Shown: positions 47,426 to 58,018, counted from the first letter of the stretch. The stretch is DNA of 64,000 nt from an uncultured Candidatus Izemoplasmatales bacterium (GCA_964456195.1 CAYVZR010000001.1:17591-81590); one strand, 5' to 3'. Notes: generated by a model not told the origin, from the sequence alone. Numbers and translations: made by a program.

Positions 47426-47593
47426 ATGCCAAGAAGAATTAATGAAGACTGTATTGCATGTGCAGCTTGTGTTGCAGAATGTCCAGTTGATTGTATTTCT
47501 GAAGGAGATATCTTTGTTATTGACGAAGACGTTTGTATTGACTGTGGTGCATGTGAAACTGTATGCCCTGTAGAAGCTATACACGAAGTATAA
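47426..47593 (+). CDS. fdx: 2x[4Fe-4S] ferredoxin, 55 aa (absent from the ORF track because it is under 60 aa)
   Basis: Manual translation: MPRRINEDCIACAACVAECPVDCISEGDIFVIDEDVCIDCGACETVCPVEAIHEV. Two CxxCxxCxxxCP motifs, an AGGAGG RBS 8 nt upstream and a terminator immediately downstream. Confidence 0.85.
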   Translation: MPRRINEDCIACAACVAECPVDCISEGDIFVIDEDVCIDCGACETVCPVEAIHEV

Positions 47594-47599
47594 AAAAAA

Positions 47600-47620
47600 A
47601 GAGTTTATAACTCTTTTTTT
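47600..47620. terminator. Bidirectional terminator shared by the ferredoxin (+) and nif3-like (-) genes
   Basis: Stem agagtt/aactct between a run of nine A and a run of seven T. Confidence 0.7.
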
Positions 47621-48392
47621 ATACAAATTTATATGGATTTGTGTCAATTTTACTAACTAAGATGTTGGAAGTAATTCCAGCATCTTTTAATATGTTTCTT
47701 AATTCAGAAACAAAGAATTTCTCAATATTGTGTCCTATATCTAGGGCATTCAATCCAATAGCTAAGGCATCATGAGCGTGATGATAAGATAAATCACCTG
47801 TAACATATAAATCTGCTCCCATTTTCTTAGCGTTATAGATATTACTAGATCCACTACCACCTGATATTGCAATTTTAGCAACTTTACTATTTAAGTTTCC
47901 TATAAATCTAGCGTTCTCTACTTGGAACGTTTTTTTTACATAATCAATTGCGAATTGCATATCACATTGTTCAATTTTACCAATTCTTCCTAATCCTTCA
48001 TTTTCAGTAGTATAATCTAAAATCTGTTGGTTTTTAAGATTAAGCATATTAGCTAAAATTAAGTTCATACCTTTGTTACTAATATCAAAATTGGTATGTG
48101 CTACATACAACGTTATATCATGTTTAATAAGCTTTTCAATTTGTTCGCCTTTATATGTATCTGTGTTAATACTATTGATTGGAGAAAATATTAGGGGATG
48201 ATGAACAACAATCATATCTGTTTGTTGTTTGATTGCCTCATCAATAACTTCTTTTGTAACATCTAGAGTTAATAAAATTGTATTAACTTCTTTTTGTAAT
48301 GACCCAACTTGAAGGCCTACATTGTCCCAATCGTATGCTAAGTTCTTTGGGTACATTGATTCGAAAATCTTTATTATATCTGTCCCTTTCAT
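47619..48392 (-). CDS. Nif3-family dinuclear metal-centre protein (YqfO-like)
   Basis: 257 aa. Contains DMIVVHHPLIF and ...HTNFD... motifs. Lies downstream of trmK, as in Bacillus. Confidence 0.8.
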   Translation of the reverse strand: MKGTDIIKIFESMYPKNLAYDWDNVGLQVGSLQKEVNTILLTLDVTKEVIDEAIKQQTDMIVVHHPLIFSPINSINTDTYKGEQIEKLIKHDITLYVAHTNFDISNKGMNLILANMLNLKNQQILDYTTENEGLGRIGKIEQCDMQFAIDYVKKTFQVENARFIGNLNSKVAKIAISGGSGSSNIYNAKKMGADLYVTGDLSYHHAHDALAIGLNALDIGHNIEKFFVSELRNILKDAGITSNILVSKIDTNPYKFV

Positions 48393-49042
48393 TTCAATGC
48401 CTCCTCTAATAAAGCTATTGTTTTCTTGATTTCGCTTACTCTTTCAGAGTCGTTTAACTCTTCAAGCAAGGAATAAAGTCTATTTAGCTCTTTTTGAATT
48501 CTTAAAACAAAATAATGTGATTTGATCTTTAGATTTACAGGACCAAACATGATTTGAAGTGGAGAATATTCTGGTTTTCCTTTTTCTAAGATAATTAGAT
48601 CATAAAACTTATTAGTCTCACTTATAACTAATTCATCAATTATATAATAGTCGATTGATGAAAGAACAGCACGGATCTTTTCAGCATCATTATTAGGTTG
48701 TAAGATGAATCTTTTTACAAATCGACAACTATGATTTTGCAGAATAGTAGATATTAAGCTACCACCCATCCCGCTAATTACAACAACGTCAACTTGATCA
48801 TCTATTTTTTCTAATCCATCGCCTAAAATGACTTTAACCTTATCTGATACATTACTTTCATTTACATTATTATATGCGATTCCAAAGGGTCCGATTTTAT
48901 TATCTATTGCTAGTGCATTTAAGACGAATCCTTCTTGTACTGCAGCGATAGGAAGTAACGCATGGTCAGTTCCAATATCAGCTAGCTTGTTAAAACCTTT
49001 TGTATATTGAAGGCAACTAGATAATCGCTTAGTTAATTTCAT
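48389..49042 (-). CDS. trmK: tRNA (adenine22-N1)-methyltransferase TrmK (YqfN-like)
   Basis: DIGTDHALLP motif. Positioned between sigA and nif3. Confidence 0.75.
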   Translation of the reverse strand: MKLTKRLSSCLQYTKGFNKLADIGTDHALLPIAAVQEGFVLNALAIDNKIGPFGIAYNNVNESNVSDKVKVILGDGLEKIDDQVDVVVISGMGGSLISTILQNHSCRFVKRFILQPNNDAEKIRAVLSSIDYYIIDELVISETNKFYDLIILEKGKPEYSPLQIMFGPVNLKIKSHYFVLRIQKELNRLYSLLEELNDSERVSEIKKTIALLEEALK

Positions 49043-50298
49043 TATTTTCCACTCATAAAGTCCTTAAGTCTTTTAGATCTTGATGGATGTCTTAATTTTC
49101 TTAATGCTTTTGCTTCGATTTGTCTAATTCTCTCACGAGTTACTCCAAATTCACGTCCAACTTCTTCTAGAGTACGACTTCGACCATCTAAAAGGCCAAA
49201 ACGCATTCTAAGAACTTTTTCTTCTCTATCAGTCAATGTCTCTAAGACATTATCAAGTTCACGTTTTAACATAATTTTAGATGTGAACTCCATTGGAGTT
49301 AGAGTATCAGGGTCAGGAATAAAGTCACCTAAACTAGAATCCTCTTCTTCACCGACAGGACTCTCTAAAGAGATTGGTTCTTGTGCAACTTTTTGAATTA
49401 TTTGCACTTTTTCAACAGTGATTCCCATTCTCTCTGCAACTTCTTCAGGAAGAGGTTCACGCTTCAATTCTTGAATTAATTGACGTTGAGTTCTAACTAA
49501 TTTATTTATTGTTTCAACCATATGAACTGGTATTCTAATTGTTCTTGCTTGATCGGCTATTGCTCTTGTAATAGCTTGTCTAATCCACCAAGTTGCGTAT
49601 GTAGAAAATTTGAATCCTTTAGTATGGTCAAACTTTCCAACTGCTTTCATTAATCCCATATTTCCTTCTTGAATTAGGTCGAGAAATTGCATTCCTCTAC
49701 CTACATATCTTTTTGCTATAGAAACTACTAATCTTAAGTTTGCTTCTACTAATTTGTTTTTGGCTAATTCGCCCATAAACATAATTTCTTCAACTGTTTT
49801 TTTGTATTCAGGTGTAATTTCTTCACCACCAGCTACTAACTCGTCAAATTGTTCATTTGCCATTTTAGCATTTGCTATATCAGTTGCTAGTTCAACTTCT
49901 TTTGTTCCTACAAGTAAGTCTACACGTCCAATTTCTTTTAGATACATTCTAACTGGGTCATCAACTTTGATTGAGATTTGACTTTCAAAAGATTTATCAT
50001 GAAGTAATTCTTCTTCAATATCTTTTGTAAAATTCAAATCTAAAACAATGCTTGGATCTAATTCATCATCTTCAATCGCAAATTTTGATTCTTCTTCCAG
50101 TTTTTCAATTTTTGTCATGTCATAACTAACCATTTCGTCTTCACTTACTACATCAACTTGTCTCTTTTCAAGTGCTCCGACGATAATATCAAAATCCTCT
50201 GTTTCATCACTAACATATTTTAGAATATCTTTAATTGCTAAATAACCTTTTGATTTATTAATATCTACAAGCTCTTGAATAATCTTATCTTTGTCCAT
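49042..50298 (-). CDS. sigA: RNA polymerase primary sigma factor
   Basis: Conserved regions 2-4 ([51 protein letters not shown]). The start is taken at ATG 50298, after GGAGGC; the track ORF starts at 50325. Confidence 0.95.
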   Translation of the reverse strand: MDKDKIIQELVDINKSKGYLAIKDILKYVSDETEDFDIIVGALEKRQVDVVSEDEMVSYDMTKIEKLEEESKFAIEDDELDPSIVLDLNFTKDIEEELLHDKSFESQISIKVDDPVRMYLKEIGRVDLLVGTKEVELATDIANAKMANEQFDELVAGGEEITPEYKKTVEEIMFMGELAKNKLVEANLRLVVSIAKRYVGRGMQFLDLIQEGNMGLMKAVGKFDHTKGFKFSTYATWWIRQAITRAIADQARTIRIPVHMVETINKLVRTQRQLIQELKREPLPEEVAERMGITVEKVQIIQKVAQEPISLESPVGEEEDSSLGDFIPDPDTLTPMEFTSKIMLKRELDNVLETLTDREEKVLRMRFGLLDGRSRTLEEVGREFGVTRERIRQIEAKALRKLRHPSRSKRLKDFMSGK

Positions 50299-52063
50299 GT
50301 TTTGCCTCCTTAATATATACATCACGATACTTTGCTAGTTCTATTTTTTCTTTTACAGTTGGTGCAACTCTTATTTTCTGCTCAAATTCTTCTTGAAGCA
50401 AAGAGTTTAGGTAATCCTGAATTGTCGAAATAAGGTCATCATACTCTTCATCAAAATGTTCAATCATCTTATTTTTTACCTTGGTATTGTAAAAATGTAA
50501 TTGTTCTTGACTAAGAATACCTTCTAATTCATCTTCTTTAATTTCAGAATTTTCATGATCTTCTAAATTTTTATAATGTTTATCTTCGATTAAATGTTTT
50601 ATGTCTCTACTAGTAACATCTATATAAAACAAATCTCCAAATTCAACATTAAACTTTAAAACATATTTAATATCATTAATAAAATAACTTAATAATCTTC
50701 TTTCTGCAAATAGGTGTTTTGGTTCTATTGGTACAGAACGTTTTGTTTTCCTACCTATATTTCTAATATTTTTCTTTGTATATTGATAGAAATCTTGTCT
50801 CACTGATTCATGAGAAACGCTAATATCAGTAGCTAAACGTTTAATATAGCTTTCTATAATAGTATTTGATGTGTTCTTTATAAGATCAAAAATTATTTTC
50901 TTAAAATGTTCAATATCAAGCATTTTAGTAAAATCAATATTCATATTATTTTTTAAATATGAAAATTCTATTTTATCAATCCACTTCTCATTAATAAATG
51001 TATTTAGTTCAGTTTCAGAATATTTTGTTAAGTAGTCATCTGGATCCATATTATCTGGCAATAGAACAATTTTGATTTCCATTTTTTCATTTTCAAATAG
51101 TTTTATTGCTCTTGTAGTGGCTTCAATACCAGCCGGGTCTCCATCATAACAGATAGTTACATTTTTAGTATGTCTTTTAATTAATTTAACTTGTTCAACA
51201 GTTAATGATGTGCCCATTGAAGCTACACTTTCTTTTATGTTTGCTCTAAAAGCAGCTATGACATCCATATAGCCTTCAAATAAAACTACTCTGTTATTCT
51301 TTTTGATTTCATTTAAGGCATTACTTAAATTATATAATACTTTGCTTTTTGTAAATACTTTTGTCTGAGGACTATTGATGTATTTAGGAGAATCTTTTTT
51401 TGCCTCTAAATAACTTCTTCCAGAAAATGCAACAACATTTCCTCTGTCATCCATAATTGGAAACATGATTCTTTCTCTGAATAAATCATAAAATGAATCA
51501 GTTTTGCTTTGTTTTACAAGACCTAGGTCATGCAAGTCAGAGACAAGTATTCCCTTATCAGTAAGAGTTTTATATAAAACATCATATTCTGATGGAGATA
51601 ATCCAATATTGAAATGGCTAATTAATTCATCAGTTATTCCTCTTTTGTGAAGATATTCCTTAGCGATAATCCCTTGTTTAGTACTACTTAGGTAAAGTTT
51701 ATAAAAGTTAAGTGAATCTTGATTGATTTCAAAGAACTTTTTATTTGGATTTTCTTTTTTGAAAGATGATATGTTTAAATCAATATTAGCTTTTTTTGCT
51801 AAATCCTCAACTGCTTCTAAAAAAGATAAGTTTTCGGTTTTTTGTTTAAAAGTAATTGCATTTCCTTTTTCACCACAAGAGAAGCAGGTATAAATTTTTC
51901 TTTCAGGTTCTACAGAAAAAGATGGTGTCTTTTCATTATGGAAGGGACACAAACCAAAATAACTCTTTCCTTTTTTAGAAAGAGAAACTTTTTCAGATAC
52001 AACGTCAACTATATCTGTTTTTTGTAGAATTTCTTTGATTACCTCTTCGCTTATTCTTGGCAT
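50285..52063 (-). CDS. dnaG: DNA primase
   Basis: Zinc finger [13 protein letters not shown]...CFSCG, plus a Toprim region (EGYMDVI). Confidence 0.9.
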   Translation of the reverse strand: MPRISEEVIKEILQKTDIVDVVSEKVSLSKKGKSYFGLCPFHNEKTPSFSVEPERKIYTCFSCGEKGNAITFKQKTENLSFLEAVEDLAKKANIDLNISSFKKENPNKKFFEINQDSLNFYKLYLSSTKQGIIAKEYLHKRGITDELISHFNIGLSPSEYDVLYKTLTDKGILVSDLHDLGLVKQSKTDSFYDLFRERIMFPIMDDRGNVVAFSGRSYLEAKKDSPKYINSPQTKVFTKSKVLYNLSNALNEIKKNNRVVLFEGYMDVIAAFRANIKESVASMGTSLTVEQVKLIKRHTKNVTICYDGDPAGIEATTRAIKLFENEKMEIKIVLLPDNMDPDDYLTKYSETELNTFINEKWIDKIEFSYLKNNMNIDFTKMLDIEHFKKIIFDLIKNTSNTIIESYIKRLATDISVSHESVRQDFYQYTKKNIRNIGRKTKRSVPIEPKHLFAERRLLSYFINDIKYVLKFNVEFGDLFYIDVTSRDIKHLIEDKHYKNLEDHENSEIKEDELEGILSQEQLHFYNTKVKNKMIEHFDEEYDDLISTIQDYLNSLLQEEFEQKIRVAPTVKEKIELAKYRDVYIKEAKHGQR

Positions 52064-52071
52064 TTAATCAC

Positions 52072-53451
52072 CTAATAATATAGTTTTTCCATCAAATATG
52101 GAATTAATTCTTCTTTTGATAAAATGATTTGTTCCATTGTATCACGACTTCTTAATGTAAACTTGTTTTCTTTAATTGCTAAATCATCAATCGTTAATGC
52201 AAAAGGCGTACCAATAGCATCTTGACGACGGTATCTTCTTCCGATTTTTCCAGATTCATCACCTGTAACTGTAAAGTACTTACTTAAATAAGTAATCATC
52301 TCATCAGCTAATTCTTTATGATACTTTTTAATTAGTGGAAAGACTGCTACTTTATATGGAGCTAAACTTGGTAATATTTTAAGATTTATTCTTTCTTCAC
52401 CATTTTCTAATTTTTCAACAGTGTAGGCTTCAGATAATACAGCTAAGAATAATCTTTCTACTCCAAGTGATGGTTCTATAACATATGGGATATACTTTTC
52501 ATTTGTTACTGGATCTAAATAATGAAGAGCTTGTTTTGAATGCTCTTGATGTTGTTTTAAATCATAATCTGTTCTTGATGCAATACCCCAAAGTTCATCA
52601 AATCCCCAAGGGAATTTGTATTCAATATCAGTAGTTGCATTTGAATAATGAGATAATTTTTCAACAGCATGATCTCTCATTTTTATATTATCTGGATTAA
52701 GACCTAAAGATACTAAAAAATTATAAGATTCATTCTTCCAATAATCAAACCATTTCATTTCAGTCCCTGGTTTTGTAAAAAACTCAAGTTCCATTTGTTC
52801 AAATTCTCTTGTTCTGAAAATGAAGTTACCTGGAGTAATTTCATTTCTAAATGATTTTCCAATTTGCCCAATACCAAAAGGTACTTTCTTTCGAGATGTT
52901 CTTTGAATATTCTTAAAGTTTAAGAATATTCCTTGAGCAGTTTCAGGGCGTAAATATATATCGTTATTAGAGTCAGAAACAACTCCTTGACTTGTTTTAA
53001 ACATTAAATTAAATTCTCTAATTTCAGTATAATCTAGCTTTCCACAATTAGGACATACTACATTATTTTTAATAATATATTCCATCATTTCTTCATTAGA
53101 CCAACCATCGGCATCAATAGTATTTTTACTATGATTTTCAATTAATTTATCTGCACGATGTCTTGTATTACAATTCTTACAATCTGTTAGTGGATCACTA
53201 AAACCACCAATATGTCCACTAGCTTCCCATGTTTTAGGATTTAAAAGAATTGAACTATCTAGTCCAACATTTAAATTATTTTCTTGAACAAACTTCTTCC
53301 ACCAAGCACTTTTTAGGTTATTCTTGAGTTCAACACCAAGAGGACCATAATCCCACGTGTTAGCTAATCCACCATATATTTCGCTACCTTGAAACACAAA
53401 ACCATAGTTTTTAGCGTATTTTACCAACTCTTCCATTTTTATTTTACTCAT
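52072..53451 (-). CDS. glyQS: Glycyl-tRNA synthetase (single-chain alpha2 type)
   Basis: 459 aa. Contains [30 protein letters not shown] and [10 protein letters not shown]. Confidence 0.95.
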   Translation of the reverse strand: MSKIKMEELVKYAKNYGFVFQGSEIYGGLANTWDYGPLGVELKNNLKSAWWKKFVQENNLNVGLDSSILLNPKTWEASGHIGGFSDPLTDCKNCNTRHRADKLIENHSKNTIDADGWSNEEMMEYIIKNNVVCPNCGKLDYTEIREFNLMFKTSQGVVSDSNNDIYLRPETAQGIFLNFKNIQRTSRKKVPFGIGQIGKSFRNEITPGNFIFRTREFEQMELEFFTKPGTEMKWFDYWKNESYNFLVSLGLNPDNIKMRDHAVEKLSHYSNATTDIEYKFPWGFDELWGIASRTDYDLKQHQEHSKQALHYLDPVTNEKYIPYVIEPSLGVERLFLAVLSEAYTVEKLENGEERINLKILPSLAPYKVAVFPLIKKYHKELADEMITYLSKYFTVTGDESGKIGRRYRRQDAIGTPFALTIDDLAIKENKFTLRSRDTMEQIILSKEELIPYLMEKLYY

Positions 53452-53535
53452 ATTGCTCCTCCTAAAAATTCAAATTTGGACATAAATATGCAGTCTATAT
53501 TATAACACAAAATCAAAAAAAAGAGACAAGCTCTT

Positions 53536-54258
53536 TTAGTATTTTTGTAATTGTAGCAGTATTTTTCTTGATTTAGTCCTAAAACTTACATATTGATCAA
53601 ATAATTGATCAATAATATGTCTTATAATTACTAATTGATTATCTGTCACAATAGGTATTTCAAAATCACTAATATCTATATAATATAATGAAATTAGAAT
53701 TTTATAGATATCACTACCATAACTCTCTTGTTTGAATGAAAGATGTTCAGGACAAACAAGACCACCACTATCAATACTAAACACAAGATTCTCAGTCTTT
53801 CCACAAATATTGCATTTTTTAAAATTCAAACCATATCCTAAAAAGAACAACAGTTTCAATTCAAAAACGAAACTGAGAATTTCAGGATTGTATTGATCAT
53901 TAAATAAATTAAACAGTCTTTTTAAAAATGAAAACATTTTTGAGTGATTTAAATCTTCTGAGATTGTATTGTTTACTAATTCCATAATGTGATTCATATA
54001 TGTATAAGCTAATATATCTTCTTTAATCTTTGGATAATCATTAATTAATTCTCCCTCTTTCAAAGAAGGGAATTTACCACTTGAGTGTGTAAATCTAATT
54101 AGGTTACCATTTTGACTAAGAAAACGATTTATATTATTCATTTTCTTTACACCATGAGCAATAATACTTAAAAGACCTTTTTCTGTGTACAGATAAAGGA
54201 TTTTAGAGCTGTCTTTATAATCTAAAGATTTTAAAACAATACCTTCTATAAAATCCAT
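53536..54258 (-). CDS. recO: DNA repair protein RecO
   Basis: 240 aa. An OB-fold N-terminus and a CxxC...C zinc motif (CNICG...CPEH). Lies downstream of era. Confidence 0.8.
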   Translation of the reverse strand: MDFIEGIVLKSLDYKDSSKILYLYTEKGLLSIIAHGVKKMNNINRFLSQNGNLIRFTHSSGKFPSLKEGELINDYPKIKEDILAYTYMNHIMELVNNTISEDLNHSKMFSFLKRLFNLFNDQYNPEILSFVFELKLLFFLGYGLNFKKCNICGKTENLVFSIDSGGLVCPEHLSFKQESYGSDIYKILISLYYIDISDFEIPIVTDNQLVIIRHIIDQLFDQYVSFRTKSRKILLQLQKY

Positions 54259-54266
54259 ATTATCAC

Positions 54267-55169
54267 CTATTTTAGTTCTTCTTGATACCCAAAATTTCTT
54301 AAATGGAAATCTTTATTGCGCCAGTTTTTAACAACCTTACAATGTAAATCTAAATATACTTTTGAACCGAGTAAATGTAAAATATCTTTTCTTGCTAAAG
54401 TCCCTATTTCTTTTATCATACTTCCACCTTTACCAATAATAATTCCTTTTTGAGAATCTCTTTCAACTATTATTGAAGCATGGATATTTAACAATAATGG
54501 ATTTACATCATCCTTTTGAACATATTCAATTAATACCATAACTGAGTGTGGTATTTCTTCTTTTGTTAGTCTTAATACTTTTTCACGTATAAGTTCACTA
54601 ATTATAAATCTTTCAGGATGATCAGTTTTCTGATCATCAGGGTAATACTTTGGTCCCTCTTCAAGTTCATTTTCAATATCAACCAATAGTTTATCTAAAT
54701 TATCTCCTCTTAAAGCACTTACAGTAAATATTCCTTTGAAATTAAACGCTGCTTTAAACTTATCTATATATAATTTAAGTGGAGCAATATCTTCTATTAA
54801 ATCAACTTTATTGACAATCAAAAATACTGGAACTTTTACACCTTTTAGAAGTTCTATAATAAATTGATCTCCCTTGCCAAAATATTGAGTACTATCAACC
54901 ATAAGCATAATTAAATCTACGCTTCTTAAAGTGTTGATAGCTGCTTTTGTCATAAATTCACCAAGCTTATGTAATGGTTTATGAATTCCTGGAGTATCAA
55001 TAAACACGATTTGCGAGTGTGGAGTTGTTAAAATACCAGAAATATTATTTCTGGTTGTTTGAGGTTTGTCCGAAACAATAGTAATCTTTTCTCCTAAAAC
55101 ATTATTTAGAAAAGTTGATTTACCAGAATTAGGTCTGCCTACTATAGTAACAAATCCTGATTTAAACAT
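54267..55169 (-). CDS. era: GTPase Era
   Basis: G1 GRPNSGKST, G3 DTPG, G4 NKVD and a C-terminal KH domain. Confidence 0.95.
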   Translation of the reverse strand: MFKSGFVTIVGRPNSGKSTFLNNVLGEKITIVSDKPQTTRNNISGILTTPHSQIVFIDTPGIHKPLHKLGEFMTKAAINTLRSVDLIMLMVDSTQYFGKGDQFIIELLKGVKVPVFLIVNKVDLIEDIAPLKLYIDKFKAAFNFKGIFTVSALRGDNLDKLLVDIENELEEGPKYYPDDQKTDHPERFIISELIREKVLRLTKEEIPHSVMVLIEYVQKDDVNPLLLNIHASIIVERDSQKGIIIGKGGSMIKEIGTLARKDILHLLGSKVYLDLHCKVVKNWRNKDFHLRNFGYQEELK

Positions 55170-55561
55170 TATAAATCATCCTCAGTAAAGGCATAAGGTA
55201 ATAAGTCCCTATTCTTAAGTGTTTTTATTTCGCCTTTGTTGTTAGCAAGATGCACAAGTGCATCCGCAGGCATTAATTCACTCATTACTTGACGGCAAGC
55301 TCCACAAGGAGAAATAAAACCATCTTGTTCTGTAGTAATCAATATTTCAGAAATGTCATCTTTTCTAATTCCTTTGGAATAAGCTGTAAATAACGCACTT
55401 CGTTCTGCACAGTTAGAAAGTCCAAAAGATGCATTTTCAACATTAACTCCTGTAATTACTTCACCACTTTTTAACTTAAGTGCTGCAGCTACTTTGAAAT
55501 TTGAATATTTTGAATACGAGTTTGGTAAAACATTCTTTGCTTTTTCATATAATTTATTCAT
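55169..55561 (-). CDS. cdd: Cytidine deaminase
   Basis: Zinc-binding motifs CAERSA and PCGACRQ. Confidence 0.9.
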   Translation of the reverse strand: MNKLYEKAKNVLPNSYSKYSNFKVAAALKLKSGEVITGVNVENASFGLSNCAERSALFTAYSKGIRKDDISEILITTEQDGFISPCGACRQVMSELMPADALVHLANNKGEIKTLKNRDLLPYAFTEDDL

Positions 55562-55570
55562 TTAAGTCAC

Positions 55571-55996
55571 CTACCTATTAAGTTTTGATTTATGTAAAAT
55601 TGCTTCTTGAAGGTTTGTCATTTCAGTTTCTTCTTCAACTGTATTATGATCATATCCAATTGAGTGAAGGAAACCATGCAATACTAGGAATCCTAATTCT
55701 CTTTCAAATGAATGTCCTAATTCTATAGCTTGTGAGCTGCATTTAGGAATAGAGATGAATATATCTCCAAGGTTGTTTAAATAACCATCTAGAAATGTAA
55801 GAACATCAGTAGCATAGTCTTTTTTACGATATGTTTTATTCAATTCTTTAATTTCATTATCATCAACTAATACTATATTGATACTTTTATTCTTAATTTG
55901 AAGTTTATTTTCAGCATTCTTAAGTACTTTGTTTATCAGATCAAGATAATTTTCATCATTATATTTATTTATTAAATTAACTTTCATATTCTTCAT
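55571..55996 (-). CDS. ybeY: rRNA maturation endoribonuclease YbeY
   Basis: Metal-binding motif HGFLHSIGYDH. Confidence 0.85.
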   Translation of the reverse strand: MKNMKVNLINKYNDENYLDLINKVLKNAENKLQIKNKSINIVLVDDNEIKELNKTYRKKDYATDVLTFLDGYLNNLGDIFISIPKCSSQAIELGHSFERELGFLVLHGFLHSIGYDHNTVEEETEMTNLQEAILHKSKLNR

Positions 55997-56945
55997 ACCT
56001 TTCTAGGACTTTTTGAACTAATGGATGTCTAATAACATCCACTCTTTCAAATGCAATGATTTTGATACCTGCAACGTCTTTTAGTATTTTTATTGCATTT
56101 ATTAGTCCACTTTCAATTCTTTTTGGAAGATCTATTTGTGTTATGTCCCCTGTTACTACCATTTTTGAGTTAAAACCTAACCTTGTTAAAAACAATTTCA
56201 TTTGATTGAAGGTTGTGTTTTGTGCCTCATCAAGTATTACATATGCATTTTCAAGAGTTCTACCTCTCATATATGCTAAAGGTGCGATTTCAATTACACC
56301 TTTTTCAATTAAATCATCTGTTTGTTTCTTACCTAAAACTTCATATAAAGCATCATATAATGGTCTTAAATATGGATCCACCTTTTCTTTTAAATCACCA
56401 GGTAGAAATCCTAGGCTTTCTCCAGCTTCAACTGCAGGCCTTGTTAAAATTATTTTCTTTATTCCTCCAGCCTTTAGTTTAGCAAGAGAATTTACTACAG
56501 CAACATAAGTTTTCCCTGTTCCTGCTGGTCCAATACCAAATACAAGATCATTATTATTAATCGCTTTTAAATAATTTAACTGATTTAATGTTTTTGCATG
56601 GATTGGTTTACCCGCAAAGGTTTTAGTAATTAACACCCTATTTACATATATATCGACAATCTCGTCTTTTTTCTTTTCTTCAGCAAGTTTTGCGATATAA
56701 ATAATATCTCTTTCTGAAATAATTATATTGCTATTTGCAATTGCAATCAGCGTCTCAAATATTTTTTCAAAAAGGATTATCATATTATTGTCATCTGTAG
56801 AGACAAAAATATCCTCGCCTTTAGTAAAAATATCAATATTAAAAATCGAAATAAGAACCTTTAAATTCTTATCACTACTACCCATTACAACTCTAAAGCT
56901 GTTTAATTCACCAAATTTGACTTCTAATTTTGTCAATTTAACCAA
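55977..56945 (-). CDS. phoH: PhoH-family ATPase
   Basis: Walker A GPAGTGKTY and the ...VILDEAQN... motif. TTG start as given in the track. Confidence 0.85.
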   Translation of the reverse strand: MVKLTKLEVKFGELNSFRVVMGSSDKNLKVLISIFNIDIFTKGEDIFVSTDDNNMIILFEKIFETLIAIANSNIIISERDIIYIAKLAEEKKKDEIVDIYVNRVLITKTFAGKPIHAKTLNQLNYLKAINNNDLVFGIGPAGTGKTYVAVVNSLAKLKAGGIKKIILTRPAVEAGESLGFLPGDLKEKVDPYLRPLYDALYEVLGKKQTDDLIEKGVIEIAPLAYMRGRTLENAYVILDEAQNTTFNQMKLFLTRLGFNSKMVVTGDITQIDLPKRIESGLINAIKILKDVAGIKIIAFERVDVIRHPLVQKVLERYEEYES

Positions 56946-57010
56946 ACTACCAAGCCCCCGTCATGTATTTAACTCCATTATATCACAGTATATAATTTTT
57001 GAGAAAAAAA

Positions 57011-57033
57011 TAACGGTATTATATACCGTTATA
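57011..57033 (-). terminator. rpsU terminator
   Basis: Stem taacggtat/ataccgtta, followed on the minus strand by TTTTTTT. Confidence 0.65.
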
Positions 57034-57035
57034 AA

Positions 57036-57212
57036 TTATTTATTTCCTCTTTTTTGATTAGCTTTTTGTTTTATTTTTTTAGAAATACTAGGTTTAACAT
57101 AGTATTCTCTTTTTCGAGCTTCTTGTAGGGTACCCGAACGTGATACGTCACGTTTAAATCTTCTTAATGCATCTTCAATAGATTCATTATCTCTAATTAT
57201 AGTCTTTGCCAT
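57036..57212 (-). CDS. rpsU: 30S ribosomal protein S21 (58 aa; absent from the ORF track)
   Basis: Manual translation: [67 protein letters not shown]. Confidence 0.9.
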   Translation of the reverse strand: MAKTIIRDNESIEDALRRFKRDVSRSGTLQEARKREYYVKPSISKKIKQKANQKRGNK

Positions 57213-57375
57213 AAGGTTTCCCTCCTTTCACTCTTTGATTTTCCGATATAATAATATCAAATAACTTTATGAATGTAAAGTTTTTTAGGAAAAAGCTTTC
57301 TTTTTAATCGAAATATAGAATAAATGGCTCATATATGGTATTATATTTGTATAAAATCAAGATGGAAGTGATAAA

Positions 57376-57936
57376 ATGTCATTAACCGATTTAGTAGAAT
57401 TAGCAAAGGATAATTTGATTGTTACAATAGTCATAGGGTTACTGATACTGTTTATTATCTTTAGACTCAATAAAGCTATCCACATTCATTTAGGTGCAAA
57501 AAAATATGTTAGAAAATCCAAAAAACTTAGGGGAAAAAAATACAATGGTGTTCGACTTGGAGTTTTAATAAAAAGCAAGAGAAAGAATGGCACTAATTCA
57601 TATAAAAAACTGCGAGGCAGAGCTAAGAGAATGGTTAAGAAATACTTTAATTATAAATTAGAAGAATTACCTATTATTACTAAATATTCTTATGGAAAAC
57701 TATACAAGGTATCACACGATAGATTAATAATTTTCGCTAAAAATAAAAAGAGAATAGTAAAAAAAGTTAGAATCAAAAAAGGTCTAAATGATTTAATTGA
57801 TTTTACTAATAAATATGAATGTTTAGATGAAATGGTTCTCTTCTTACATAATTTACCTGAAGCTATTTTAGAAAAACAAAATTATGATGTTTATGTAAGT
57901 GAACAAGACATTTCAATAGGATATAAAATTAAATAG
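57376..57936 (+). CDS. Hypothetical, extremely basic protein with one N-terminal TM helix
   Basis: 186 aa. TM helix LIVTIVIGLLILFIIF, then K/R runs (KKYVRKSKKLRGKKY, KSKRKNGTNSYKKLRGRAKRMVKKY, KNKKRIVKKVRIKKG). GGAAGTGA RBS. No motif recognised. Confidence 0.45.
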   Translation: MSLTDLVELAKDNLIVTIVIGLLILFIIFRLNKAIHIHLGAKKYVRKSKKLRGKKYNGVRLGVLIKSKRKNGTNSYKKLRGRAKRMVKKYFNYKLEELPIITKYSYGKLYKVSHDRLIIFAKNKKRIVKKVRIKKGLNDLIDFTNKYECLDEMVLFLHNLPEAILEKQNYDVYVSEQDISIGYKIK

Positions 57937-57975
57937 GCTAGTCATTTCTAAAGGCTAGCTTTTGCTTTATAATGA

Positions 57976-58018
57976 CATTCTAAGAGGGATTTGAACCTGC
58001 GACCGACGCATTAGAAGT
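57976..58018 (-). pseudogene. Second, more decayed copy of the tRNA-Arg(UCU)-like 3' half
   Basis: Minus strand: ACTTCTAATGCGTCGGTCGCAGGTTCAAATCCCTCTTAGAATG. 34/43 positions are identical to 14785-14827 by my manual alignment. The T-stem no longer pairs fully. Confidence 0.45.

Noticed and set aside
47396-47647. 83-aa minus-strand ORF
   Set aside because: It is exactly antisense to the well-supported 55-aa ferredoxin gene (RBS, Cys motifs, terminator). Its Cys/Thr/Asn-rich translation is the mirror artefact.
53499-53524. A ~25-nt near-identical repeat, ATTATAACACAAA(A)TCAAAAAAAAGA, also at 62047-62071. I considered it as a dispersed repeat element.
   Set aside because: On the minus strand both copies read as a terminator T-run followed by an extended -10 (TGTGTTATAAT), ahead of glyQS and mtaB. 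This is a shared terminator/promoter junction architecture rather than a mobile repeat.
14785-58018. The idea that the two tRNA-Arg 3' halves are attL/attR of one 43-kb integrated element
   Set aside because: The interval is filled with essential housekeeping genes (aspS, hisS, relA, argS, parEC, sigA, dnaG, glyQS, era...) in Bacillus-like order. The two copies are only 34/43 identical. Two separate old events, or scars, are more likely.
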